From a virus (Duplodnaviria > Caudoviricetes), in the IMG/VR virus record IMGVR_UViG_3300028888_000001: a stretch of DNA of 64,000 bases; one strand, given 5' to 3'. The notes under the pieces were generated by a model. The model had not been told where the DNA came from, ran no database searches, and saw nothing but the letters and a program-made list of their open reading frames with translations. This document shows positions 19,730-29,956 of this stretch, piece by piece. Within the stretch, counting starts at the first letter, position 1. Each line of letters begins with the position of its first letter. Both the position numbers and the translations under genes were made by a program.

Positions 19730-19955
19730 ACGGTTTATACAAATAGCTGGGTAGGTGTTGTATGAACTTTTGTACCGGGCACTGCTCTCGGGAATTTAAG
19801 TTCGTGGAGAATTGTATTTTATATTATAGTATTTACTCGGTATTTCGGAGCCGAGACTCTATTCTCCTTATTGGGAGGATAGGGGTTGCTATAGTATAAA
19901 TTAGTTTGACGAAGCGAAAAGGCGGGAGCCAAAGCAGATAAACTTTCCGATCGGT
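19730..19955 (+). ncRNA. Predicted TnpB omega-RNA scaffold with guide from exon 2
   Basis: Hairpin-rich 3' region with TACCG..CGGGAATTTAAGTTCGTGGAG and GAAGCGAA (TTCG/CGAA pairing) like TnpB-element right ends; boundaries approximate. Confidence 0.6.
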
Positions 19956-21082
19956 ATGGCGGTAAAGGTGTAGTTTCAAAAATACTTCCAGATAACAAAA
20001 TGCCAATACTTGAAAATGGTGAAGTTGTAGACATTATTAAGAACCAGAGTACGTGTATTAATCGTGAGAATATTGGTCAGCTGCATGAGCAGTCATTGAA
20101 TTTCATTGGTATGAGAATTCTTGACTTCTTTAAAACAAATGTGCTGACATACTCTGAGATGGTTCAGATGTGGTATAAATTCGTTTCTATGGTTGATCAA
20201 CCTCAAGCACAGATGGGCGCTGGGATGATTGACTTCTATGACGAAGAACAATGCAGATTGTTTATAGAGTCTATCTATGACGATGGTGGTATTATATTAT
20301 CATCTCAGCCGTTTACGACTCCTATAAATCTAGATACTATAGCAGAAATCTATAAAGAATTTCCATTCATTAAACCCTATAAGGTAGCTATGCCTATAGA
20401 AGACAGTAATGGTAATATAAGATTTGTAAAGTCCAAAAGAGACTTAGTTGTTGGAAAAATTTATAATTATAGACTCAAACAATATGCAGAGGAGAAATTC
20501 TCTGTAACGTCTTTATCGGCTACCAATCTTAAGAACTTAAATACTCGTTCTAAAGCTAATAAAGCGTATGAAACTAAGTATGCTAAGACACCGATCATGT
20601 TCGGTACCATGGAATCTGGTAACCTGTCTCATCTAGGCATGCAATATGTGGTAATGAATCTCATGCTATATAGTAGTAGCCCTAGAGCTAGAAGACTGTT
20701 TGAAGAGCTATTAATTGGAAATCCATATGATATCAATATAGTATTGGACAAAGACAGCAAAAATAGAAACGCTGAAATCATCAATGCTTTATTGAAAACT
20801 ATGGGTTTGAAATTAGTATTTTCAAAAGAACCAAAAGAAAAGAAAACCATGATGAATAATATTATGTATGAGCTTGTAAGTGCTAAAGACTTTAAACCTA
20901 AAACTAATATTAGACAGATCATGGACTTTTATGATGATGAAATAGAGCTTAAATATGCTGGAGCTCTTCATCATAAAAATAATAAACCAATGTATAATCT
21001 TATAATGATGGAGGATGTCAACAATGACGAACCTCAAACAAATATTAGAGCAATCATTGAAGAATCTGACGGAGAAGAATGA
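19938..21082 (+). CDS. Phage (non-virion) RNA polymerase beta-like subunit, exon 2
   Basis: (D)KLSDRYGGKGVV, MPILENG..DII.N..INRENIGQ, YNYRLKQ, FGTME motifs. Confidence 0.9.
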
Positions 21083-23351
21083 TCCTACAATTGCTCTTTC
21101 TATAGACTTTGGAGTAATGGTTTCGCAAGAAACTGTAAATCTAATTCAACGACAACTTAACTGGAATCAAGACGACATAGATGAAGCTAATATTATACTT
21201 CATATTTCTAATATTCTTTATAATAATTCCAGTGTTAATATCCTACCATTAGATGATGGATTATATGATCAGCTTCTGGTAGCATATAAACGCTATAATC
21301 CGCTTGGTTATCAAGTTGGAGCTGAACCTATAAAGCTTCAAGAGATAGTTCAGCCAGAATTTGAAGAAAAGAGATATATGTATACTTGTATAACTAACAA
21401 CGAATTAGATTCAAAAATGTATACTAGAGATATATTAGATCAACATACAAAACTCAATGAGTATCGCCCTGTTGAAATGATGTATCTTGTACAAGATCCA
21501 ATTACAAAAAGACTTATAAACACAAAGCATAAATATCCTGAGCTAGTTGGCACTCTAGATAAATGTAAATTTGTCTTAAATGATGAGGCTGCATCTAGAG
21601 GAGCTATAGACAATCCAGCTGTACAGGTGTTTGAAAGAGACTTCATACAAAAGCACATCACGCAAGGCGTTATCGATCCATATAGACCGATTAGCATGAT
21701 AGGCGAGCTTAAGTATGATGGTGTTTCTGTTGAGGCTGAAGTTTGTGGAGATAGAATACTCTCTGCATATTCTAGAGGTGATACAGCAGAAGACATAGCA
21801 ACTGATTTAACACCTATATTTAAGAACTATAATTTCTATAGAGCTAAGAATGTACCTAAAGATGTAGCTTTTGGTATTAAATTCGAAGCAGTGCTTACTC
21901 ATAGAAATTTAGAGCTCTTAGGTCAGATGAGAGGTAAAGAATATAAAAATGGTAGAAACGCAATCATTGGTCTGCTCGGAGCATCTGATGCTTATATGTA
22001 TACTGATATGATTACGTTAATACCGTTATCGACATCGCTAGATATGGATAGAGTTAGCGAATTGAAATTTCTCAATAAGTATTATTCTACTGGAGAATTC
22101 AATAGATTCGTTGAGTTTTATGGAGATTATATCTCTATCCTTTATCAGGTTAACCAGTTTACACAATCAGCTGAGTTGGTAAGAAAAGTATTACCTTACA
22201 TGATAGATGGCGTAGTTATCTCATATACAGACCCAAATATCATTAGGCTTCTTGGCAGGGTTAATTCTGTCAATAAATATCAGATGGCTATAAAATTCAA
22301 CCCAAGAAGTGTACGTACTATATTCTTAGGTTATACTTATAATATCGGTAAATCTGGTGAAATAATTCCAATGGTTCATTTCAAACCAGCAGAATTTATC
22401 GGTACTATACATACTAAACAGACTATCCACTCTCTACAGAGATTCAATGAGTTGTCTCTTATCAAAGGTCAGGAGATAGACGTAGATTATGTAAATGACG
22501 TTATATCTTATGTAACCAAACCAGATACAGCTCATAATAGGCAATTACAATCTCAATATAGACCAGAGCCATTTATACAGATTTGTCCATATTGTGGTTC
22601 TAGGATAGAAATATCTGATACAGGTAAATCCGCTAGGTGTCCGAATGTTCATTGCCATGAAAGAAAAATTATGAGAATGGTTGATATGATATCTAGGTTA
22701 GGATTTAAAGATTTCTCTGAAGAGACTGTAAGAACATTAGATTTGACCGAGTTTTGTGATCTAGTTAAAGTTTATAACTATGATGAGTTATTAAATAAAC
22801 TAGGCCCAATAACAGCAGACAAATTTATCAACTATCAGAAAGAGTTTCTAGCCAACCCAATAGAAGATTATAAAATCATGGCAGCATTAAGCTTTGAAGG
22901 GATGGCTGAAGAAAAATGGAAAACTATTCTTAAAGTATTCGATCTTCATACTTTAGCTGGAATGAATAACGCTATGCTAATAAACAGTCTTGTTTCTATA
23001 AACGGCATAGGGCCAGCTATAGCAAATGCTGTTGCTAATGGATTTGCTGATTATTCTAACGATATAAACTTCATACTTAATAATATAAAAATTATAGACT
23101 CTAAATACATGGCTAATAAGCCTAAAGTTGCTCTCACTGGAACAAGAGATCCAATGTTGATAGACATTATCAGGTCTCAAGGTTACGATTGTGATGAAAA
23201 ATATGGTGTTACCAAAGACATAGCTTTGCTAATAACAACGGATTTAAATTCTACGTCTGGTAAGATGGATAAAGCTAGAAAATACGGAATACCAATACTG
23301 ACTCCAGAACAATTCTATCAGTCGCATAACATTCAATTTGGCGCATTTTAA
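21015..23351 (+). CDS. ligA: NAD-dependent DNA ligase
   Basis: ELKYDG adenylation motif, SRGD, DGVV, AIKF, zinc finger CPYCG..C..C, BRCT C-terminus; exact start uncertain. Confidence 0.93.
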   Translation: MSTMTNLKQILEQSLKNLTEKNDPTIALSIDFGVMVSQETVNLIQRQLNWNQDDIDEANIILHISNILYNNSSVNILPLDDGLYDQLLVAYKRYNPLGYQVGAEPIKLQEIVQPEFEEKRYMYTCITNNELDSKMYTRDILDQHTKLNEYRPVEMMYLVQDPITKRLINTKHKYPELVGTLDKCKFVLNDEAASRGAIDNPAVQVFERDFIQKHITQGVIDPYRPISMIGELKYDGVSVEAEVCGDRILSAYSRGDTAEDIATDLTPIFKNYNFYRAKNVPKDVAFGIKFEAVLTHRNLELLGQMRGKEYKNGRNAIIGLLGASDAYMYTDMITLIPLSTSLDMDRVSELKFLNKYYSTGEFNRFVEFYGDYISILYQVNQFTQSAELVRKVLPYMIDGVVISYTDPNIIRLLGRVNSVNKYQMAIKFNPRSVRTIFLGYTYNIGKSGEIIPMVHFKPAEFIGTIHTKQTIHSLQRFNELSLIKGQEIDVDYVNDVISYVTKPDTAHNRQLQSQYRPEPFIQICPYCGSRIEISDTGKSARCPNVHCHERKIMRMVDMISRLGFKDFSEETVRTLDLTEFCDLVKVYNYDELLNKLGPITADKFINYQKEFLANPIEDYKIMAALSFEGMAEEKWKTILKVFDLHTLAGMNNAMLINSLVSINGIGPAIANAVANGFADYSNDINFILNNIKIIDSKYMANKPKVALTGTRDPMLIDIIRSQGYDCDEKYGVTKDIALLITTDLNSTSGKMDKARKYGIPILTPEQFYQSHNIQFGAF

Positions 23352-23451
23352 GTGCTGTAACTTTTTACAATACATTAAACAAATTTATAATTGCATACTA
23401 TATATTTGTATGCACTAGACATACGTACAAAATTTAGGAGGAGATGTTACT

Positions 23452-24162
23452 ATGAATAATAATTTTACGCACAACCTTATGATGATGAATATCGACAAGT
23501 TTATCATGCCGCTTTATCATCATGCACCACAGGCAAACAAGAGCTACGAGGAGTCTGAGCTTCATCAGGCACTCGTTATTAATGCCGATAGCATCGGCTA
23601 TGATATTGGAGACAATGACGACAGACCCGAGAGGCTGGTGAAAGCATTCTTTGCTGGCATTTCCAGCTATCTATCCAAGAGGAAAGTTAGCAAGCCGGAC
23701 GAAGCAGTAGCGCTTGTTCTTCAGGATACATCTGGAGTATTCAAGTTTGCAGCTATTGTTGAATATTTCGCTAACGTAGAAAACCCAGACGAGGCAGGAA
23801 ACTGGGGATACTCATTTACGTTCTATGAGGAAGATCTTAAAGATCTCGAAAAGAGAAAGACTGTAAAGAAACTGCTTGCCGGTGATGATGCGTTTAAGAG
23901 TATTATGTACAAGGCAGCTTATGATGTTGGAGGCTTTGTATTCAAGAAAGACGTTTATATCTATGACGCTTGTATCTTGGTAACTGATACTATTTTGCAG
24001 GTGCTCGATCATGAAGCCATTGACGGACAGGTAGTTGATATCGAAATGCCGGGATATTTCAAAGCCAGCGTAGGTGTAGAAAATGGCGAGAAAGTTTTCA
24101 GCATTGTTCCTGACGGGCATATGAAAGCACTTGTAAAGTCTGATATCGATCTGGATGATTGA
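23452..24162 (+). CDS. Hypothetical protein
   Basis: AGGAGGAG RBS, promoter and terminator. Confidence 0.8.
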   Translation: MNNNFTHNLMMMNIDKFIMPLYHHAPQANKSYEESELHQALVINADSIGYDIGDNDDRPERLVKAFFAGISSYLSKRKVSKPDEAVALVLQDTSGVFKFAAIVEYFANVENPDEAGNWGYSFTFYEEDLKDLEKRKTVKKLLAGDDAFKSIMYKAAYDVGGFVFKKDVYIYDACILVTDTILQVLDHEAIDGQVVDIEMPGYFKASVGVENGEKVFSIVPDGHMKALVKSDIDLDD

Positions 24163-24244
24163 TTAAACGATTATAATAGACTAATCCTAAATAGGGTGGA
24201 GATTGCTCCACCCTATTTATTTTTAATAAAGAGGGGAAGATACA

Positions 24245-24877
24245 ATGAAAAAAATTGAAATCGAACGGAGATTATATAGCGTTGTTTCTCCTGAAGAATA
24301 TTCCCAGAATAAATCTAGTTGTAATGCTAAAACTACTGCTGTGTTAGTTGGTGAAACGGTATTGCCAATTAGAAGTAGCATTGAAAATTCACCAGGAATT
24401 TATTATAACAATGGTTGTGAGACAATGGCAGATGTCATCAAGCCATCTAAACAACAAGCACATGAATATTCTGCCGACAAAATTATAGACTTCACAAATG
24501 CTGATAGTTTGGGTGAAGTAATGAGAAAGAACGAGCTTCTTAGGAATATACAGCAAGACTTGATGGTTTCCGGTAAAGACAATATTCTCTGCCTTCCGCA
24601 ATCACAAGAAGATACTCCTGAGATGAGAGCTCTTAAAGGCGCTATCAATAGCAAGCAAATAGATAAGAAACAATATGAAGATAGATTCCCTCAATATCAA
24701 AACAACATGAGGCTTCTTAAAGGCCATTCGATCACTTTATCAAAAATGATTGAAATATGTACTGGGTTTGATATCGCATGTGAGCTTACATTAAGAGACA
24801 AGCCAGATGCAGTCAATCCAATGAATACAGAGATATCATTAGATTTGACAGAAGGGAGGCCGCTTAAGAAAGAATGA
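24245..24877 (+). CDS. Hypothetical protein, possible C-terminal HTH
   Basis: RBS; ATGA overlap with next gene. Confidence 0.8.
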   Translation: MKKIEIERRLYSVVSPEEYSQNKSSCNAKTTAVLVGETVLPIRSSIENSPGIYYNNGCETMADVIKPSKQQAHEYSADKIIDFTNADSLGEVMRKNELLRNIQQDLMVSGKDNILCLPQSQEDTPEMRALKGAINSKQIDKKQYEDRFPQYQNNMRLLKGHSITLSKMIEICTGFDIACELTLRDKPDAVNPMNTEISLDLTEGRPLKKE

Positions 24878-26706
24878 AACAGAGAGAATTTATACATGAG
24901 TATAACAAACAAAACAGACCTAAATTTAATAGAAAATTCTTTGAGCGGCACGATGAAGATTTAATCAATGCACTTAGATACGTTGTATACTCATGTGAAA
25001 GAGATAATGTTTTTGTCATAAAAGTATTATCTTTTGAAGTGATAGATAGCTATGATGATGTTAATCATGTCTTATGGGAATATGAAGATTCCATTATGAA
25101 TAAGACAAAAACGAAACGTGAAGAAAATGCCGCTGCAGCGAAGAAACAGAATAATGCTGTAAAAAAGAAAGATAATCAGTTTGCTTATATCAATCTTAAA
25201 GGATCAGCACTTAAAGTTATTAAAGTAGTATACTTCATACAGATAAATGAAAAGAAAAATGGACTTGTGTCTGATACTGTAACAGTATACATTGCAATTC
25301 CAAGAATAGTAGATGGATTCTATTACAAGCTCAACGGTAACATTTATTCTGCTATATATCAAATTGTAGATGCATCTACTTATAATAACTCCGCCGCGAA
25401 GAATACCAAAAAGCAATCTATTACATTCAAAACTATATTTATGCCCATAAGAGTTTACAGATATCAGAATAATCTTACAGATATAGATGGAAATAACGTT
25501 CAGACTATATATTTTATAGCAAATATGTTTAGAAAGTCATTGCTGCTTATAAAATATATGCTAGCAAAGATGGGTCTTTATAATTGTATGAAATTCTTAT
25601 ACATCGAAGGTGTATATTTTATACAAGAAGACCAGCTGAATAAATTTTCAAAAGAGCAGTTTTACATATTCCCAATAAATCCAATTAAAGATATTTATAT
25701 AGTTTGTAATAGAATGATGTTTGACTCTGTACAGATTGTTCAATCATTTGTATACACTGTACACCATATTATTTTGCTTAATAAAGATTTTACATTTGGA
25801 GATTTATTCGGTGAAAAAATGTGGGTTAAATCTTTAGGTGCAGAATTCACTTCAAAAGATATAGATACGATATATGACAAAGGTAAAAACATTTTAGCAT
25901 CATTAGAATTTATCTACGATATGATGACTATGCAAGATCTTAAGTTATCTATGGAAGATAAATCTGACGTTTATAGAGTATTAAGGTGGATGATGTATGA
26001 GTTTAACTCATTACGTCAAAAAGACAATCTTGATATCTCTACTAAGAAAGTTAGATATGCTGAATATCTTGCTATGTACTATGCTGCTAAACTAGCTAAA
26101 GGTATTTACAGAATATCTGATAAAGACAATAGGGCAGATCTTAATACTATAAGAAAAGCTATACAAATACCACCAATGTATTTGATTAATGCTATAACCA
26201 CAAAATGCCAGTTGGTGAATTATAAGAACTGTGTTAATGATCTTGATAGTCTTATAGCATTAAAATACACATATAAAGGTATATCTGGTATTGGAGAACG
26301 CTCTAACGCTATCTCAGGAGCATACAGAAATGTACATCCATCTCATCTAGGACGAGTTGATATAGACTCAAGCTCAAACTCAGATCCTGGAGTAAGTGGT
26401 ACAATTTGTCCATTGGCTGAATTATATGACGGCCATTTTACCGAATATGAAGAGCCATCTACTTGGAATGAAAACATGGTTAAAGTCCTAGATATTTATA
26501 GAGCGGCTAAGAGCAAGCAAGAAATGATTAGACTCTTAGATGACACCGAAGTTTCAAAACACAAAAGTAATATCAAAGAAATATTAGAACAAGAAGTTGT
26601 AGCAGCAAGAAATCTTTTATCTGTTGAATTATACACTACAGATGAAGAATATATTAATGGCTATGATATTTTTGGTGACGGATATTTCTTTGTGGAGAAC
26701 GAATAA
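24874..26706 (+). CDS. Phage (non-virion) RNA polymerase beta-like subunit, N-terminal piece
   Basis: IPRIVDGFYYKLNG and YRNVHPSHLGRVDIDSSSNSDPG match RpoB [20 protein letters not shown]. Confidence 0.88.
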   Translation: MKQREFIHEYNKQNRPKFNRKFFERHDEDLINALRYVVYSCERDNVFVIKVLSFEVIDSYDDVNHVLWEYEDSIMNKTKTKREENAAAAKKQNNAVKKKDNQFAYINLKGSALKVIKVVYFIQINEKKNGLVSDTVTVYIAIPRIVDGFYYKLNGNIYSAIYQIVDASTYNNSAAKNTKKQSITFKTIFMPIRVYRYQNNLTDIDGNNVQTIYFIANMFRKSLLLIKYMLAKMGLYNCMKFLYIEGVYFIQEDQLNKFSKEQFYIFPINPIKDIYIVCNRMMFDSVQIVQSFVYTVHHIILLNKDFTFGDLFGEKMWVKSLGAEFTSKDIDTIYDKGKNILASLEFIYDMMTMQDLKLSMEDKSDVYRVLRWMMYEFNSLRQKDNLDISTKKVRYAEYLAMYYAAKLAKGIYRISDKDNRADLNTIRKAIQIPPMYLINAITTKCQLVNYKNCVNDLDSLIALKYTYKGISGIGERSNAISGAYRNVHPSHLGRVDIDSSSNSDPGVSGTICPLAELYDGHFTEYEEPSTWNENMVKVLDIYRAAKSKQEMIRLLDDTEVSKHKSNIKEILEQEVVAARNLLSVELYTTDEEYINGYDIFGDGYFFVENE

Positions 26707-26724
26707 TTGGGAGGAGAGTAAAAG

Positions 26725-26961
26725 ATGCCTAAAACGACTGTACAATCGTTATATTATCGTTATTTTGTCTATTCTTCTGAAGAAGAAAACTTAAGGATAA
26801 AGTTATACGGTAATAATGTTTCTTTCGGAACTGTAGTGGTTAGAGGTGTGCCTAAGAGATATACTTCTATTGTTACAGATCTTAAAGATACTAAGCCAGA
26901 TGCAATTGTCGTTACTAAGGGCGATATCCGTAAAATTCAATACACTCCACCCAAGCGATAA
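26725..26961 (+). CDS. Hypothetical protein
   Basis: GGAGGAG RBS; terminator after. Confidence 0.75.
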   Translation: MPKTTVQSLYYRYFVYSSEEENLRIKLYGNNVSFGTVVVRGVPKRYTSIVTDLKDTKPDAIVVTKGDIRKIQYTPPKR

Positions 26962-27024
26962 AATTAAAAATGGTGGTGGAAAAATACCACCACCGTTTTA
27001 TTTTTTTGTGTGAGAGGTGTTAGG

Positions 27025-27342
27025 ATGAGCCAAGAGATAATGACAGTTTTACCAGATGGATGTTGCCCAGTATGTGGTCATAGTCAATTTATTGTTAAAG
27101 AGATAGAATCTAATTTATTTTTAACTAATCAATTTGGAGAGATTATTGATAGTAGAGAAGAAAAATATGCTTGCGTTGGTAAATGCTTGATGTGTGGTAA
27201 AGAATATTCCATGTATTCAGCGCCCAATAAGTTTATACCTTTGACTCCAATTAGAAAAATTCTATATGAGTATTCAAAAGAATATTTAGAAAGCAAAGAG
27301 CCAAAAGAACAATATTTAACAAATCCTATGTTTAAGGAGTAA
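27025..27342 (+). CDS. Zinc-ribbon protein
   Basis: CPVCG and CLMCG pairs. Confidence 0.75.
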   Translation: MSQEIMTVLPDGCCPVCGHSQFIVKEIESNLFLTNQFGEIIDSREEKYACVGKCLMCGKEYSMYSAPNKFIPLTPIRKILYEYSKEYLESKEPKEQYLTNPMFKE

Positions 27343-27347
27343 ATAAA

Positions 27348-27998
27348 ATGTATGCAGCATTTGATATATCTCCATTATGGGAATTATACAATGCTCTTCA
27401 GGGCGAAATAGACTGGATGGTAAGAGCTAAGCCACTTCCAAATTTCCCATGGGGTAAAGAATTAAATAAAGATAATGTTTTCAAATTAATATTACAGAAC
27501 AATGGATGTGCGTTTGCTAATGATCCTGTATTTCATGAAAATACTATGACGTTTGATGAAAATTATAAAATAATATTTTTATACGGCGGCACTGGAAATA
27601 ACGTAAATAATTATTTTGATTACGTAGAATTTTTTGGTGCTAAAACTCTTGTTATTTTCATGGATAATTTTCTAGACATAGATAAAAAACTAGAAACAGA
27701 AGACGAGCTTTTTATTGGTAAATCTTTATATGTAGAAATGATAAGAAAAATAACAGATGTTTTCTTAGCTTCCACAGTAAACTTTGCGGAATTGAATTCG
27801 TCTATATTATCGACCACTGCAGCTGGTAATGCTTATAGATTTGCAGGAATATTTATTGCAGCAAAAATAATTCAGCCTTACTGTAAAGATGGTGAGATAA
27901 CTGAAAATGATATAGACACTATAGATATCGCTGATCTAAAGCAAATGCTTAAAATACCGATAGAGCTTTTGGTAAGCGGTGTGAAGTATATGTCGTAA
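27348..27998 (+). CDS. Hypothetical protein
   Basis: AAGGAG RBS, 216 aa. Confidence 0.75.
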   Translation: MYAAFDISPLWELYNALQGEIDWMVRAKPLPNFPWGKELNKDNVFKLILQNNGCAFANDPVFHENTMTFDENYKIIFLYGGTGNNVNNYFDYVEFFGAKTLVIFMDNFLDIDKKLETEDELFIGKSLYVEMIRKITDVFLASTVNFAELNSSILSTTAAGNAYRFAGIFIAAKIIQPYCKDGEITENDIDTIDIADLKQMLKIPIELLVSGVKYMS

Positions 27999-28038
27999 GA
28001 ATTTATATAATGAATTACATCCAAATAATCTAAAGGAT

Positions 28039-28332
28039 GTGATGATAATGATAGCAGAAAAGAAAACAATGTATGAGTTGATACATCCATATAGATGTAA
28101 AAACTGTGGGCAAGATATGTTATTTTTTACCACAAATAGTGGAACTGTAATAGATTATAAAGAATTTTTCAATCGCGGTAATACGCTATCTGAAATGAAA
28201 AGATACTTAGAAAGACGCAATATTGGATTTCTTAAGTGCCTCTGCTGTAATAAGCTATATATCATTGATTGGACAGACGATTGGCCTCAACAAGTGATAG
28301 ATAAGAAAGTGCCAAGAGAATTTGGTATTTGA
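28039..28332 (+). CDS. Zinc-ribbon protein
   Basis: CKNCG and CLCC motifs; start uncertain. Confidence 0.72.
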   Translation: MMIMIAEKKTMYELIHPYRCKNCGQDMLFFTTNSGTVIDYKEFFNRGNTLSEMKRYLERRNIGFLKCLCCNKLYIIDWTDDWPQQVIDKKVPREFGI

Positions 28333-28353
28333 TCTAACTGAGGGAAATAAGAT

Positions 28354-28539
28354 ATGGGAATATATATTTCTGAGCCGAGTTATGAAGATAATAGCTATGA
28401 TATATGCGGGAATGCTACATATAAGGTTCTAAAGATGGGTTATGGGGCTATTAGGATTTGTTTATGTGAAGAATGCTTTAAACAGCTATGTGAGAATATA
28501 GAACCATTTTTAAATAAAGATGAGGACAATTTGAAATGA
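28354..28539 (+). CDS. Small hypothetical protein
   Basis: GAGGG RBS, LCEEC motif. Confidence 0.6.
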   Translation: MGIYISEPSYEDNSYDICGNATYKVLKMGYGAIRICLCEECFKQLCENIEPFLNKDEDNLK

Positions 28540-29033
28540 TTCGTTTAAGATACTATAAAGATGATGCTGTAAAATTTATTATCTATGGATTATATAGAAG
28601 TAATAAATTTATGGCATTAGATGAGTTTATTGGTACTCCTGAACATGATACTGTTAAGGAAGCCATAACTGAGTTATATAATGATAAGATTTATAAAGAA
28701 ATAAAAGAAAGCGGAATAGACGATGTTAAAATCGTTATTCTAATGCAAGTTGATCCATCTAAGCAACGTACAGGTGATGACACCAATATTCTTTATTATT
28801 GCAAATCTGCAGAATTTTACTTTGATATTAATCTTAAACTAGAAGATGTACATTTTAGTTTTAAAGACATCGAAGGAGATTTTGAAGAGGCTAAGTTTGA
28901 TAATAAAGAAAATATAACTACATTTGGTTCTGGAGCTATGGATGCTAAAGAGTGGTTTGAAAATGAGTGTCCAAATGCTAAGTTAGCTGATCTATTAACT
29001 AAGCTATACGGTGCTGAATGGATTAAATATTAA
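28536..29033 (+). CDS. Hypothetical protein
   Basis: ATGA overlap with upstream gene, GAGG RBS. Confidence 0.75.
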   Translation: MIRLRYYKDDAVKFIIYGLYRSNKFMALDEFIGTPEHDTVKEAITELYNDKIYKEIKESGIDDVKIVILMQVDPSKQRTGDDTNILYYCKSAEFYFDINLKLEDVHFSFKDIEGDFEEAKFDNKENITTFGSGAMDAKEWFENECPNAKLADLLTKLYGAEWIKY

Positions 29034-29059
29034 TAAACACTTTTAAGGAGGGTAATGAA

Positions 29060-29137
29060 ATGGCTAAATCTGCAAGGGAAAAGAATCTGCACAAGAAGAA
29101 GCTTATTAAGGAAGCTAAGAAGAGAAATAAGAAGTAA
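29060..29137 (+). CDS. 25-aa highly basic peptide (not in ORF track)
   Basis: AAGGAGG RBS; MAKSAREKNLHKKKLIKEAKKRNKK; terminator hairpin follows. Confidence 0.65.
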   Translation: MAKSAREKNLHKKKLIKEAKKRNKK

Positions 29138-29278
29138 CAAACATAACCCCAGTGGGATAACTCCCACTGGGGCTGGTAATTATATTTTTAATTATATATC
29201 ATAAAATTGACATCAATAGCAAAGGAGATAGAAGATGCTCTTAGACATAGTGCTAAGACAATCTTTAAATAAATTAAT

Positions 29279-29878
29279 ATGTTTATATATGAATATGCAG
29301 CTAAGGCTAATACCGAATGGGAATATAGAAAAGACGAATATATTGTAAACGATTTTATTCATGGTATAGCATTATCTTTCGATGAAGCTATTGAGAAATA
29401 TAATATCGCTTATAGAGAAGTTGGATGTTATAGAGATTATTCTCCTATAATAATCCAGCATAATACAGAACCAATTCCATATAGTAATATAGACATGAAT
29501 CTTAAAGGGTATGATCTTATTAAAGAGATGCCTAAGATGTGCTATAAAATAATTTATACTCTAGATAATGATTTGAATATTATAACTAATGATGTTTTCT
29601 TTAATATGTACTCGTATATTATTTTTCATGATATTGAAAAATCTCTTTACGATAAGTATAATAAGTTTACTAAGGGAGCTATAATTCGTAATAAGAATAA
29701 TGGTAGACTATATAAGATTCTATCTGGATCTGAGTCTTATCCATTAGTAATGAGTGACATAGTATTCAATGAGAAATATAGCAATTTTGCACAGATTCAG
29801 CGTATTGATAAGAATAATAATCTAATTGGTAAGGTGAAGAATATAGATCATATTACTATAAAATATGAGTTAGCATAA
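29279..29878 (+). CDS. Hypothetical protein
   Basis: 199-aa ORF between terminators. Confidence 0.65.
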   Translation: MFIYEYAAKANTEWEYRKDEYIVNDFIHGIALSFDEAIEKYNIAYREVGCYRDYSPIIIQHNTEPIPYSNIDMNLKGYDLIKEMPKMCYKIIYTLDNDLNIITNDVFFNMYSYIIFHDIEKSLYDKYNKFTKGAIIRNKNNGRLYKILSGSESYPLVMSDIVFNEKYSNFAQIQRIDKNNNLIGKVKNIDHITIKYELA

Positions 29879-29956
29879 TTGTATATATAATATGGGAGGG
29901 ATCGATCCCTCCCATGTTTATTTTTAAATTATATTTTACAAGCAATTAAAGGAGAT

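Larger units (their letters stand above)
18021..19937 (+). mobile_element. Group I intron carrying TnpB (IStron-like) in RNAP beta gene
   Basis: P AATTGCAGGTAA (18074), R GTTCAACGACTA (18280), S TGATAAATAGTCT (18361), P3 CGGGGTT/AATCCCG, P9.0 TG/CA before terminal G19937; removal restores MDGDKLSDRYGGKGVV. Confidence 0.88.

Noticed and set aside
16916-21082. RNAP beta gene as a pseudogene or two separate genes (ORF-track calls ending GETI and starting MPILENG)
   Set aside because: Intron removal gives one continuous frame restoring the GDK...GKG motif
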